A DNA stretch of 64,000 nucleotides from an uncultured Gammaproteobacteria bacterium (lineage in GTDB: Bacteria > Patescibacteriota > Microgenomatia > Levybacterales > GWA1-39-11). Shown here piece by piece: positions 29,501 through 38,740 of the stretch. The DNA is taken from assembly GCA_964472415.1 (NCBI GenBank), contig CAYYLC010000002.1, positions 96,470 through 160,469 on the forward strand, read 5' to 3'. Under the pieces are notes generated by a model. It was not told the DNA's origin. It ran no database searches and worked only from the letters and a program-made list of their open reading frames with translations. A program made the position numbers and the translations under genes. Position 1 is the first letter of the stretch. The number at the start of each line of letters is the position of its first letter.

Positions 29501-30347
29501 GTTCAGAATATTCATCTCTATCTGGAATATCTCCTAATAACAGCGAAAGCATCAACTCCCCAGCTTTTCCACTCATTACCTGTCTTAAAGATTCCGCATC
29601 GATTTTTTCTGTTGAAGTGAGAAACGCATCGAATCGCTTTGGTTCATTTACGATTTTTTCAATCATCTGTATCTGACTCTCAAATCGCTTTGCACTTTCC
29701 GTAGTGCTTGAAAGATTTTCGCCCCGCATTGCTCTACCAAATTCCTGTTCAGTAAGTTTTCGACCAAATGCGTGCTCAAAAACAACCCGTGACGCCTGTG
29801 CCTCCTCAGCTGATAATCCTCTCTTTTTTCGCAGTGCCACAATCGCAGAAACGTCCTGCAATAATTCTTTGTCTTCAGATCTTGCCTCACCGAGCCGCTC
29901 TTCGACGACAACCTCATTTAAATACGCTGAAAAATTTCTGGCCCAGTTATCCGAAACCATCCCAAACTGCACACCTTTAGTAAGATCACCCTGGACACCT
30001 TCTAGAAATTTGTCGTCAATCTTATTTTGCCTCCCCGCAATTTGGACTTTCTTTGCTAATTCTTCTAAATAGGAGTTGTCTTTGAATCTATTTATGTCAA
30101 ATCTTGCAAACCCTCCTGCGGGCGCATCATTACCCATAAATCCAGGCTCTCTTTCGTCCCCTTTTTGCCGTTGAGATTCAACGCGTGATCTTGTTTCTCC
30201 CGCTTTATCCTGATGCTTTCCCCTCCTCTGTACAATTTCGGCGATTCTCGCTTCAGGATTTTTACTAACTGATCGTTCTGATTCTGCTTCCATAATGCTC
30301 CTACTTACAGGATATGTCAGCTCGGATGTATGTGTCAATCGCTCCAT
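26517..30347 (-). CDS. Large (1276 aa) charged helical protein of unknown function
   Basis: Uninterrupted ORF; TATAGT box 9 nt before ATG; no recognised motif. Confidence 0.8.
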   Translation of the reverse strand: MERLTHTSELTYPVSRSIMEAESERSVSKNPEARIAEIVQRRGKHQDKAGETRSRVESQRQKGDEREPGFMGNDAPAGGFARFDINRFKDNSYLEELAKKVQIAGRQNKIDDKFLEGVQGDLTKGVQFGMVSDNWARNFSAYLNEVVVEERLGEARSEDKELLQDVSAIVALRKKRGLSAEEAQASRVVFEHAFGRKLTEQEFGRAMRGENLSSTTESAKRFESQIQMIEKIVNEPKRFDAFLTSTEKIDAESLRQVMSGKAGELMLSLLLGDIPDRDEYSERLRKITSGEALNVKKGLSALVRDIERKEKEDAPKIPDPDRVKAAKRAWEKVVEEIKKKRNLTEDEIEAIRSLAERGSPPIEGGADGDPNMEKKRYEEFLEGIQNIPEDDEDAFKRFKAAYVKDDYVRYLANLAYGQNPLDIQEELTRWEGLNDDDNVYSYKQNVSEFMSRLFNRATEQMERQLSVEEKDAAKRLARGEKINRRGMNFSFDEDIDFADESIFGREPGNIRELALWIIATDDAKIWSPNGPYPLFTRSEDETEEVEKINPETGRREKMEVKKVIFQEENFLKWVRNKMLELHYDNPNDPMSPLDKVAIQTLFRPVNLVEMKYNKQRYFSDPNTGQVLEHLYNEVINEAWLFGVRRNNDLAYKQVMTSDSNLFDRLVEINSRNDHTSGSTLANMLRMADEYSRDTDGKADNRVGDSLLIMNQIYRNLSDEKNLRNILPPDALLYTAKGFRDAVRAIKGMDFDEELTEYGNYRFEGEKIYHIDPQTKIRTVIFDENGKLTSDKALIKYLNFFPSANPEETSEVLVREIVKQTAAKIVGFHTGSDKAQYEKFKKRHGQDLSVEEYRKLSRINLEWAEINSWSEQRWSGVAARNDTNYRGYDAWTKMYMQYYRERQSGSRTSGPIGNPEDMQIFRMLSPDMWLAIRTESGESVQEVFDNIHKVNIQLYSLPKDENLTDEQKALKERLVQQKDALYDVLRFPRFTQSDWAANGIKRQSEVWHDVLDTEDIKFNEIIKRNDWGVLKFDRAKFEEIVKDTFIKKRRYAFSSNNAINYGALTRMRVRTAVEFNKDGTVKDGSEKYEYKDMYLAEAMFGDVVIGSIRRDWYAGKLKYKAADEDGNEKEKRAWTGDGEYNPKEKHGTFAGYLNSQDARTRILKNVCRAGLAAQLKAHRNRASVDDRWDAHTIRKFYQALRSMPQYIEDPATGKEIEIPNSQFFSEEDIEWIRKHSNTTRWHLFREDALHSMGDIAVEVLPAAFMIFIDDVFDDLFD

Positions 30348-30438
30348 AATGCCACCACTATACCGCGTTGTCCTGCGTTATGCCTGACAGCAATGTAACA
30401 CTTGCTTTACAGCAACTTTTCAGTGGTAATATATATAC

Positions 30439-31758
30439 ATGTCGCTTACTCCATTAAAATATTTTGAGTCGTTGTATCCTGAAAACACTCGAGAAAAAGA
30501 AATCCGAGAATATCTCGATTTTTTAAAAAAAGGGCTCTCAGTACAGGTTATCGGACTTCCCGGAATAGGAAAAAATAATTTACTTCGCCTGCTTGCATAC
30601 AATATCGATGCCAGGCGATATCACCTAAAAGAATATGAAAAATTTATGCATTTTGTGTACATCGACTCTGCTGAGGCGAAAAACAGGCCACAGATAGACC
30701 TTATTAAATTGATTCTTTCATCAATCGCATTTTCTCTAGGCGAGAGGAGTATGCTTGATGAATCACTAAAAATAAACACCCTCCTCCAAGAAGGTGTCAG
30801 CCTGAATGACGAATTTCTTATATTCCAGTATCTAAAAAAAGCGATAGATTACCTTACAATAGAAAAAAAGCTTTCCGTAGTTCTACTATTTGATAGATTT
30901 GATACGATCGCACCAAATCTTACTGAGGATTTCTTCTCAAACCTAAAAACGCTTCGCAATAACTCAAAATATCGATTTGGCGTTGTGTTTTCTCTCAAAA
31001 GACCGCTTGAAGAAACTGTTGATCCGCGCCTCATTTCAGATTTTTCCGATATCATTGCAAAGAACGAAATTTATGCATCGCTCTCTGACCCCATTGCGCT
31101 CAAATTCCGCACAGAATATATAGAAAAAGCTGCCAGAAATGCGCTCTCAAAAGATCTCCGCGAGAAAATCATTACGCTCACCGGCGGTCATGCAAAACTC
31201 ACCAAGCTCGCCTTTGAAAAAATCGTTTCTGAAAATAAACCCATAGATGATCTAAAGAAATACCTATTCAACCAACCTACTATAATAAGTGCACTTAATG
31301 AGCTCTGGGAGAGCTTGCTACCGAGCGAAAAATCTGCACTAAAAACCAGCTCAGCTCCCGATGACTCATATCTCGTAAAATCAGGCTTAGTTAAAAAAGG
31401 AAAAATTGTAATCCCACTCTTCTCAGAATTTATCGAAGGAAAAGATATCGAGACAAGCGAAAAAATAACATATGACAGCATAAAAAATGAAATAATAAAA
31501 GGAGACACTTCTATTTCGCATCTACTCTCTTCTTCTGAATTTAAACTCTTGAAATTTTTTATTGAGCACAACGAAAAAATTCTTACCAAAGATGAAATTA
31601 TCTCTATTATCTGGTCTGATCAAAGAACGCAAGAAGGAGTTACTGACCAAGCGCTTGACCAAGTCCTCTATAGGCTTCGGAAAAAAATTGAAAGAAACCC
31701 TAGTAATCCTCAATTTATCCATACTATAAAAGGCACGGGATATAAATTTACGAGTTAA
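30439..31758 (+). CDS. P-loop (STAND/AAA-like) domain fused to an OmpR-type winged-helix DNA-binding domain
   Basis: GLPGIGKN, LLFDRFD, LTGGH; C-terminal LSSSEFKLL...RLRKKIE...IHTIKGTGYKF. Confidence 0.82.
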   Translation: MSLTPLKYFESLYPENTREKEIREYLDFLKKGLSVQVIGLPGIGKNNLLRLLAYNIDARRYHLKEYEKFMHFVYIDSAEAKNRPQIDLIKLILSSIAFSLGERSMLDESLKINTLLQEGVSLNDEFLIFQYLKKAIDYLTIEKKLSVVLLFDRFDTIAPNLTEDFFSNLKTLRNNSKYRFGVVFSLKRPLEETVDPRLISDFSDIIAKNEIYASLSDPIALKFRTEYIEKAARNALSKDLREKIITLTGGHAKLTKLAFEKIVSENKPIDDLKKYLFNQPTIISALNELWESLLPSEKSALKTSSAPDDSYLVKSGLVKKGKIVIPLFSEFIEGKDIETSEKITYDSIKNEIIKGDTSISHLLSSSEFKLLKFFIEHNEKILTKDEIISIIWSDQRTQEGVTDQALDQVLYRLRKKIERNPSNPQFIHTIKGTGYKFTS

Positions 31759-31798
31759 TTTCTTGACTTTATAGCAACTCCCCTCATATCATAAATAT

Positions 31799-33268
31799 AT
31801 GAAACGATTCCTCGCACTACTGGGTGGATTTTTATTTTCCTTTACACTCTGTGTCGCATTTCTTCCTCCTCAAAGCTCCGAAGCGCAACAAGAACCAATC
31901 TCCCCAGAGACGTCAGAAAATACTGAGACATCAGAAGACACACCTACCACAAACTGTGGTGGTGAAAACTGGACTATTGACCCCTGCCCACTAGAAATTG
32001 ACGGAAATACAGAGAAAGTTACGATCAAATTTTTTGGTCTTGATGAAGACGTAGACTGGCGCACCTGCTCTATCCGAAAAGGGTGCGATTTGGCACGAGA
32101 CAAAGCAAAAGAAATAGGGGCATTTGAAAATGGAGTTTTGACCATTGTAGTCTGTGGCGCAAACGAAGGAAAACTAAAAGAAGTAGGGGATGAGGGATGT
32201 GGCGATGATGACTACTTTCACGAAGGACGCGTGTATCAGATGGCGCTCTTTGAAGATGAAGAGCAAGAGATAAAAGGACCCATTGCTTCATTTTTTGTAA
32301 ATCACTATTACCCCAAAATAGCCGTTAACAACGGCGCAAGTAGCAATGGCATCCTAGAAGGAGCAAATAGTTTTCTCGAGGTAAAAGTGTTTGGAGACTT
32401 ACGCCGAGGCGGCGGCAATCGCAATAACTATCAAATAGTCGTTGAAGGAAAGGATAACTATGGAAACACCTACAAGCAAGATGAATGCATAGAGGTTAAA
32501 AGTACAGAGGGCAATTCAGCATTTTTTTCCAGGAATCAAGATAAGGAGGGCGAAACTGGAAGATCCCTCAATAAAGGAAAATACGTTATAAAAGTAAATG
32601 AACAGGTCAATGAAGGCACACTCGGCAAGCTCAAGACACTGGCAGACAAGTGTAACGGTGGCTTCACCTACTGGCATATCAACATCGAAATTGATGAAGT
32701 CGGAAATATCATCGGCACCCCCCCCTTCTGCTCCCCAAGCGAAACCACTGGTATATCAATTGATAATGATGTATGCATTCAAGATCCAAATATAAGCGAC
32801 GTTGGAAAATATAAAGATTTTATCGATTCGCTCTTTGAAGGCAGTGAAGTTCCGCTTCCGTGCGCTGACACTCCAGAGAATGTAGCAGGCAAGGGATTTT
32901 GTGGCATGGTAGATACCGCAATCGGCACCATCCCCACAAATTTCCAGGGCTTTGTAAATAGACTCTTTACGATCGTTCTTTCTGTCGCAGGCGTATCAGC
33001 ACTTGGCCTCATCATCTATGGCGGGTATACTTATATGACCTCTCGAGGCGACACTGAAAAAATCAAACATGGGCGAGAAATCATCACAGCTGCCATTATC
33101 GGACTCTTGTTTATCATATTTTCTTTTGTAATACTACAAGTAATAACCGGAGAGATTTTACGAATTCCAGGATTTAACAATCCAGAATATAGCCCAGAGA
33201 CTGGAGTGGATAGGGTTGATGATGGAACGGTGCCAGGAAGCGAACTGCCACCAGAACTATTTCAATAA
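31799..33268 (+). CDS. Secreted Cys-rich protein with C-terminal T4SS (VirB2/TrbC-like) pilin domain
   Basis: Signal peptide; C-terminal TM-GYTYMTSRGDTEKIKHGREIITAAIIGL-TM. Confidence 0.75.
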   Translation: MKRFLALLGGFLFSFTLCVAFLPPQSSEAQQEPISPETSENTETSEDTPTTNCGGENWTIDPCPLEIDGNTEKVTIKFFGLDEDVDWRTCSIRKGCDLARDKAKEIGAFENGVLTIVVCGANEGKLKEVGDEGCGDDDYFHEGRVYQMALFEDEEQEIKGPIASFFVNHYYPKIAVNNGASSNGILEGANSFLEVKVFGDLRRGGGNRNNYQIVVEGKDNYGNTYKQDECIEVKSTEGNSAFFSRNQDKEGETGRSLNKGKYVIKVNEQVNEGTLGKLKTLADKCNGGFTYWHINIEIDEVGNIIGTPPFCSPSETTGISIDNDVCIQDPNISDVGKYKDFIDSLFEGSEVPLPCADTPENVAGKGFCGMVDTAIGTIPTNFQGFVNRLFTIVLSVAGVSALGLIIYGGYTYMTSRGDTEKIKHGREIITAAIIGLLFIIFSFVILQVITGEILRIPGFNNPEYSPETGVDRVDDGTVPGSELPPELFQ

Positions 33269-33270
33269 TT

Positions 33271-33603
33271 ATGCAAGAATATATAGCACAACTGAGAGTT
33301 CCGGGAGCCAACGGAACTCCAATCGAGATACGACCACCAGAAAATGTCCCTCAAGGAGGAGAAGGAATGTTAGAAAAGATTCTCTCACTCGGTATCCAGG
33401 TCTTTCTCATAGTGGTAATCATCGCAGCACTCTTCTATCTCGTATGGGCCGGCATCAGATGGGCGCAGTCAGGAGGAGATTCTTCAAAGCTTCAGGCAGC
33501 ACGGCAACAAATCGTATTTGCAATTATCGGAATCGTTGTTGCATTTCTTGGATTTGCCATCATAACATTCATGGGTGGAATTTTCGGCGTAAGCCTTCTA
33601 TAA
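33271..33603 (+). CDS. T4SS pilin-like protein
   Basis: TM-GIRWAQSGGDSSKLQAARQQIVFAIIG-TM. Confidence 0.82.
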   Translation: MQEYIAQLRVPGANGTPIEIRPPENVPQGGEGMLEKILSLGIQVFLIVVIIAALFYLVWAGIRWAQSGGDSSKLQAARQQIVFAIIGIVVAFLGFAIITFMGGIFGVSLL

Positions 33604-33654
33604 AACTCCTTATTGACAAGAATTATGAAAGCTGTAACAATAGTTAAAAGCATT

Positions 33655-34131
33655 ATGAAAAGACTAGTTGCCCTTCTCGCTGCACCGCTTACACTTATTG
33701 CCCCTCAACTTGTCTATGCGCAAGAAAGTGATCTGGATCTTTGTCCTGAAACTCAATTTAACATCCTTTGCAAAATCGAAACAGGAGATTTTGGTGGAAT
33801 CCTCGGAACCGCAATTGTAATTATGTTTATCGTTGCAATCATCATCGCGCTCCTCTGGCTTATATTAGGAGGCATTAAGTGGATCACTTCTGGAGGAGAC
33901 TCTAGTAAAGTAGAAGGCGCACGAAATCAGATCATCGCAGCAGTTATCGGGCTCGTCGTTGTGTTTCTTTCGTACTTTATCCTGAATTTCGTGTTAACAC
34001 TCTTTGGGATCCCTGGGGTAGGCGGCTTAAAAATCCCAACAATTAAGCCGATTGTTGAGGGAAGTAGCGCAGGAGGTTCAGTTAATGATGGCATTGATAC
34101 TATAAGAGATCGAGTTGAAAATCAACGGTAA
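33655..34131 (+). CDS. T4SS pilin-like protein with signal peptide
   Basis: MKRLVALL...VYA signal; TM-GIKWITSGGDSSKVEGARNQIIAAVIG-TM; TTGACA upstream. Confidence 0.82.
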   Translation: MKRLVALLAAPLTLIAPQLVYAQESDLDLCPETQFNILCKIETGDFGGILGTAIVIMFIVAIIIALLWLILGGIKWITSGGDSSKVEGARNQIIAAVIGLVVVFLSYFILNFVLTLFGIPGVGGLKIPTIKPIVEGSSAGGSVNDGIDTIRDRVENQR

Positions 34132-34152
34132 TAAAACCATCTCCTCAAAATT

Positions 34153-34455
34153 ATGCCTTGGGACTCATGTATAGATCCATCCACCGGAATAGCGACTCTT
34201 CGCTGCATTCCAGTTGTTATAAAAAACCTCGTAAACTGGGCGCTCATTTTTGCGGGAGTTGTCGCACTCTTTCTCATCGTCTACGCAGGATTTAAATTCG
34301 TAACCAGTCAAGGAGACTCCACACAGGTAGACAGTGCAAAAAAAACGCTTACCTATGCAATCGTCGGACTACTTCTGATCCTACTCTCTTTCGCAATTCT
34401 AAACCTAATAGCAGGCCTTACTGGAGTGGATCAAATCACAAACCCTGCATTCTAA
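34153..34455 (+). CDS. T4SS pilin-like protein
   Basis: CIDP..GIATLRCI, TM-GFKFVTSQGDSTQVDSAKKTLTYAIVG-TM. Confidence 0.82.
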   Translation: MPWDSCIDPSTGIATLRCIPVVIKNLVNWALIFAGVVALFLIVYAGFKFVTSQGDSTQVDSAKKTLTYAIVGLLLILLSFAILNLIAGLTGVDQITNPAF

Positions 34456-34498
34456 ACTCATTGACAAAATAACATCTTCTAGTATATTCTCTTATAGT

Positions 34499-34807
34499 AT
34501 GGATACGACAGCTCAAATCCCTGAACAGGAAAAAAATGCGCTTTATAAAAAAATCGCTGATATCATGCTCACAGAATTAAAGACTGGTTCACTCTCCTCT
34601 GAAGATGTAGAGGACATTTCCTTCTTTACGCTTGAAAACCTAGATAACGCCACAAATTCGAGCTATCTTGAGGCATTCACCGAAGAACTGGCCAAGCGTT
34701 GGCCCAGCTTTACCCCACTCGCACACCCTATTAAACAGCAGGAATCGATTCAAAAAGATCAAAAAAATATCGAGGCAATAACTAGCGAAATAAAAAACTT
34801 ATCATAA
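34499..34807 (+). CDS. Small acidic helical hypothetical protein
   Basis: 102 aa; TTGACA and a -10-like box directly upstream. Confidence 0.7.
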   Translation: MDTTAQIPEQEKNALYKKIADIMLTELKTGSLSSEDVEDISFFTLENLDNATNSSYLEAFTEELAKRWPSFTPLAHPIKQQESIQKDQKNIEAITSEIKNLS

Positions 34808-34808
34808 C

Positions 34809-36851
34809 ATGCCGGACGCACCAGCAGAAATACAACCAACAGACATACTTCTTGACAGAGAACATGATGCAACACTCAGTATTCAGATGGGAGGCAACAA
34901 CGCACAAAGGGAAATGGAGGCTGCAAACGCTAGATCAACTCGAATTAATGAAATTGTCCAGAATAACCCCGACAACCTCCGCGCAGTATTTGTATCAGAA
35001 TCCAGTCCGCCGGATTATACGGAAGCGGATTTCGACGCTACCATTGGAAAGCTTAAATCCACCGAAGGAAACGCTAACACTGATTCCCGCATCAAAACAT
35101 TAGAAGAGGACATAGAACCACTCGCCGCCTATCTTGAGGCAGTACGGAAATCAAAACTTGAAGGAATTACCCTCGATAAGGCTCTAGGCTCTGATGCAGA
35201 AACTACAAAAAGCAAGGTGGCAGCAACGCTTATACACCGCGGGAGGCTCTTGGAAAAATTTCCAGAGATCGCTGAGGCATACCGCAATGAAGTTGATCGG
35301 CTCAAGTTTGTCGAGCAGCTTATCGCACGAGACCCTCGCTTTGTGAGTGAAATGGCACGAGAGCTTTCAGAAATCCGGGACGAAGCGAAGGAACTAGACG
35401 AAACTACATCTGATCCCAAAAGGCTTTCAGAGCAAAAAACTACGCTCGACGAACTTCAAACGTCTCTGGTAACACAAATTCAGAAAACACTCGAGGATCA
35501 CGGGCTCGATCAAGCCGGACAAGAAGAAATCAAGAATCTAATTGAAATGGGCATGGACCCTCAATCGATTATCGAAATGGCAAAAGTTAACTTAAAACTT
35601 GATCCGACCTTTGAAAGGTATAGCGATCTTAAGGAAGCTTATGACGTGCAGAGAATTGAAAAAGAAACCTATGAGAAGTTAATTGCGGATGAAAAGGCAA
35701 ATACTGACTCAAAGGGCAAGCCAAAAAGGCCTGATGAGATTAAAAGACTTCAGGATCTTCTAATACAGGCAAACGGTCGCATGGAAACAGTACGCAATCA
35801 CATGATGGCTGAGCAGAATGCCTATACATTAAGAACAGAAACTACCAAAGAGGACTTTGAAGGCAAATACCAAAAGCACTTAATAAAAGCCTCCCTCTTA
35901 AGAGAAAATGGCCCTCTTGCAAAACTTATAGAAGCTTCCACAAAAAATCAGTCCAAAATAACAGAACTGGGGTCTCAAATTGAACAAGCTAAATCTAACC
36001 CTGAGAAAGAAGACGCAGAAAAAAAGAAGGCGGAACTTATTAGGCGCCTAGAAGCATCTGTTGACAAAGCCATGGCACAATTTCTCACAAAAAAATACGA
36101 CGACTACCTCTCTCGTCAAAATATCATGGTAGATGCGGCCATAAAAGAGGCTGAGAAAGACAATGAACCCAACATGGCAAACATGACAAGACGACTGCAG
36201 GAAAGTATGGATATATGGAGTCATTTTGATACAGGGACGAGAAAGATAGTCCGCAACCGCACACAGCTTGGCACAGACATAAAAAACCTTGTCACATATG
36301 CCTCCGAAGGACCAGACGGCATACGACGTATGATCGCGGAAAAGGTTGAATTCAAAGAAGACAAAGGCGAACTAAACGATCATCTCGCTGGAGAGTTTGG
36401 CGGAGAGGGCGCCACATACGACTCGCTTTCAGCGTTTGACAAAGCGAAAGTAGATTCTCTAGCTGTTCAGAGGCGAAACGAGTTTGATAGACTCGTTACT
36501 GAACAAGGGGACGCATTTACAAAACGTTTGCTTGCAGAATATGCAGCAAACAGAGGTGTTATAGACAAGCTGACTGAAGTGGGATATCTCTCATTAAATA
36601 ATGACGAAATCAATATACTTAATTCTCAATTCGGACCTCTCATGGACCAAGAACTCTCCCGTACGGGCATTCTTGCAATGCTCAAAGAAAAAGGCATTAA
36701 CATGGGCCCTAAAACAAGACTAACCCTATTCCTCCTCATACTTCTCGGCGGAGCTGCGGCAATTAGCGCGATCGGGGTCGCACCGGCAGCTGTTATGGCT
36801 GGACAAGCAGCAAAAGAAGTAGGAACTGCAACCTGGAAAGGCTGGGCATAA
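34809..36851 (+). CDS. Long coiled-coil protein with C-terminal hydrophobic anchor
   Basis: E/K-rich heptads; terminal LFLLILLGGAAAISAIGVAPAA. Confidence 0.75.
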   Translation: MPDAPAEIQPTDILLDREHDATLSIQMGGNNAQREMEAANARSTRINEIVQNNPDNLRAVFVSESSPPDYTEADFDATIGKLKSTEGNANTDSRIKTLEEDIEPLAAYLEAVRKSKLEGITLDKALGSDAETTKSKVAATLIHRGRLLEKFPEIAEAYRNEVDRLKFVEQLIARDPRFVSEMARELSEIRDEAKELDETTSDPKRLSEQKTTLDELQTSLVTQIQKTLEDHGLDQAGQEEIKNLIEMGMDPQSIIEMAKVNLKLDPTFERYSDLKEAYDVQRIEKETYEKLIADEKANTDSKGKPKRPDEIKRLQDLLIQANGRMETVRNHMMAEQNAYTLRTETTKEDFEGKYQKHLIKASLLRENGPLAKLIEASTKNQSKITELGSQIEQAKSNPEKEDAEKKKAELIRRLEASVDKAMAQFLTKKYDDYLSRQNIMVDAAIKEAEKDNEPNMANMTRRLQESMDIWSHFDTGTRKIVRNRTQLGTDIKNLVTYASEGPDGIRRMIAEKVEFKEDKGELNDHLAGEFGGEGATYDSLSAFDKAKVDSLAVQRRNEFDRLVTEQGDAFTKRLLAEYAANRGVIDKLTEVGYLSLNNDEINILNSQFGPLMDQELSRTGILAMLKEKGINMGPKTRLTLFLLILLGGAAAISAIGVAPAAVMAGQAAKEVGTATWKGWA

Positions 36852-36979
36852 ATTATTCTCCTTGCCCCTTTTCACACTACCCTCAAATTATCACATAGTT
36901 TGCACTACTCTGATACGCTTGATTTGAAAATTTTCACGGGATAAGCTGTGTAGGTACGCCAAAGGCGTTATCATTTGTT

Positions 36980-38098
36980 ATGGAAAATCATCCAATACCG
37001 CAAGATGTTACAGGGTTCAAGTTCCGACTCATAGGGTCTGTCACCATCAAACAATTTCTCTATATTCTGGGTGCAGGAGCCTTTTGTGGCATAATATTTA
37101 TCTTGCCTATCTCCTTTTTAATCAAACTCCCACTCATCACTTTTATTGCAGGGATAGGAGCAGGTCTTGCATTTCTCCCTATTGAAGGGCGCCCTATGGA
37201 CGTTATGCTGATGAATTTTCTGAAAGCACTCCCTGCTGAGAATCGATATATTTTCCGCAAACAAGGAACGCAGACACTCTTGCACAAATACTTCACCCTC
37301 CAGGAGCCCAAGACTGTGGTAAAAAAGGAAGGACCTACTCAAAAGGATAATCGTCGCGAACTCCTTATAAATCGACTTGTACGTAAAAGCGCACCATATA
37401 GAGCTGACGACTCCGAACGCAAGCAAATTACCAACATTCAGGGAATTTTTGATAATGCTGACACGCCGGTTACTGGACTGCCCGGAGTAAATACAAGCCC
37501 TCTTGCCCAACGCGCGTATAGTACGGTCGTCAAACCACCAAGCTCTCCTGCGCAAAAGGACGCCACTAAGCCCATTGCAACAATCCAACCTGCCCAAAAA
37601 ACGCCGCCGCATCCTATTGTCCAACCAGAACCACCACACGCACCCATAGATACACTTCCTAAGCCAAATCATGTGCAGTCACCACAAAAAATACACACCC
37701 CCATTTCTTCAACGAGTGCAAAGACTGTTGCACCAGAAAATCAGATCGCAAGTGGCTTTCCCCACATCCCCGACACGCCGAATGTAGTGCTCGGTATTGT
37801 AAAAGATCCACGGGGAAAAGTGCTTCCCAATATCATTGTTGAGGTGGTTGACGAAAACAAGAATCCTGTTCGTGCATTTAAAACAAATGCACTCGGACAA
37901 TTCGCCTCAGCAACACCTCTTTCTGCAGGAAAATACTTTATGATGCTTGAAGACACACGACACATCCATGAATTTAGCCCGATTGAGATTCAGATGAAAA
38001 ATGAAATCTTCCAGCCACTTGAGATAATTTCTACTGACCAACGAGAAAAACTGCGACAAGAGCTCTTTGGCAGTGCGCACCCAGCAACCCAACAATAA
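36980..38098 (+). CDS. PrgI-family (VirB3-like) protein with Pro-rich linker and C-terminal beta-sandwich
   Basis: HPIPQDVTGFKFRLIGSVTIKQF, two TMs, PIEGRP; C-terminal GIVKD..G..LPN..VEV...KTNALGQF. Confidence 0.8.
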   Translation: MENHPIPQDVTGFKFRLIGSVTIKQFLYILGAGAFCGIIFILPISFLIKLPLITFIAGIGAGLAFLPIEGRPMDVMLMNFLKALPAENRYIFRKQGTQTLLHKYFTLQEPKTVVKKEGPTQKDNRRELLINRLVRKSAPYRADDSERKQITNIQGIFDNADTPVTGLPGVNTSPLAQRAYSTVVKPPSSPAQKDATKPIATIQPAQKTPPHPIVQPEPPHAPIDTLPKPNHVQSPQKIHTPISSTSAKTVAPENQIASGFPHIPDTPNVVLGIVKDPRGKVLPNIIVEVVDENKNPVRAFKTNALGQFASATPLSAGKYFMMLEDTRHIHEFSPIEIQMKNEIFQPLEIISTDQREKLRQELFGSAHPATQQ

Positions 38099-38104
38099 CA
38101 ACCT

Positions 38105-38737
38105 ATGGCAAAGAAGCAAATAAAATCAACAACACAAGGCTTTACTGAGATTGTCGATATCGTAGAAGATGTCGTGCTTTTAAAAAACAAGCGCGCGTGT
38201 ATGCTTATAGAGGTGTCTTCTGTAAACTTTTTTCTGCTTGCAGCAGACGAACAAAATGCGCGCGTGTATGGCTACATGTCCCTCATAAACTCTCTCTCTT
38301 TTGCAATCCAGATCTTAATCGTTTCAAGGAAAGTGGACATGGATACATACATTGAGACGATTGATAAGAAAATATCCACTGTTCAACACCAGCAAACAAA
38401 GGAGCATTTGATGTATTACAAAGAATTTATTCTAGAATTAGTAAAAGAAGAAGGGCTTTTAGATAAAAAAGTATACCTTGTTATCCCCTACTCATACCTT
38501 GAGGGGAACTCGGGCGCTGCGCAAAAAAACAAAACAGGGACAGTTAGCTTTGGCGACCAAGCAAAAGCAGCGCTGCTTTCTAAATCTCAGCTAATAATGT
38601 CTCAGGTGCAACGCATGGGACTAACTGCAAGACGCCTTGGCCACGAAGAACTTATTAAGGTGTTTTATGAAGTCCTCAATGACGACCAAATAAACCTGGA
38701 TTTTGAATCGAATGATATAAAAAATATAATTCTATAA
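38105..38737 (+). CDS. TraC/VirB4 N-terminal-like T4SS component
   Basis: IEVSSVNFFL...EQ...Y...NSLSFAIQI..SRK; lies between PrgI and VirB4. Confidence 0.7.
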   Translation: MAKKQIKSTTQGFTEIVDIVEDVVLLKNKRACMLIEVSSVNFFLLAADEQNARVYGYMSLINSLSFAIQILIVSRKVDMDTYIETIDKKISTVQHQQTKEHLMYYKEFILELVKEEGLLDKKVYLVIPYSYLEGNSGAAQKNKTGTVSFGDQAKAALLSKSQLIMSQVQRMGLTARRLGHEELIKVFYEVLNDDQINLDFESNDIKNIIL

Positions 38738-38740
38738 TTT

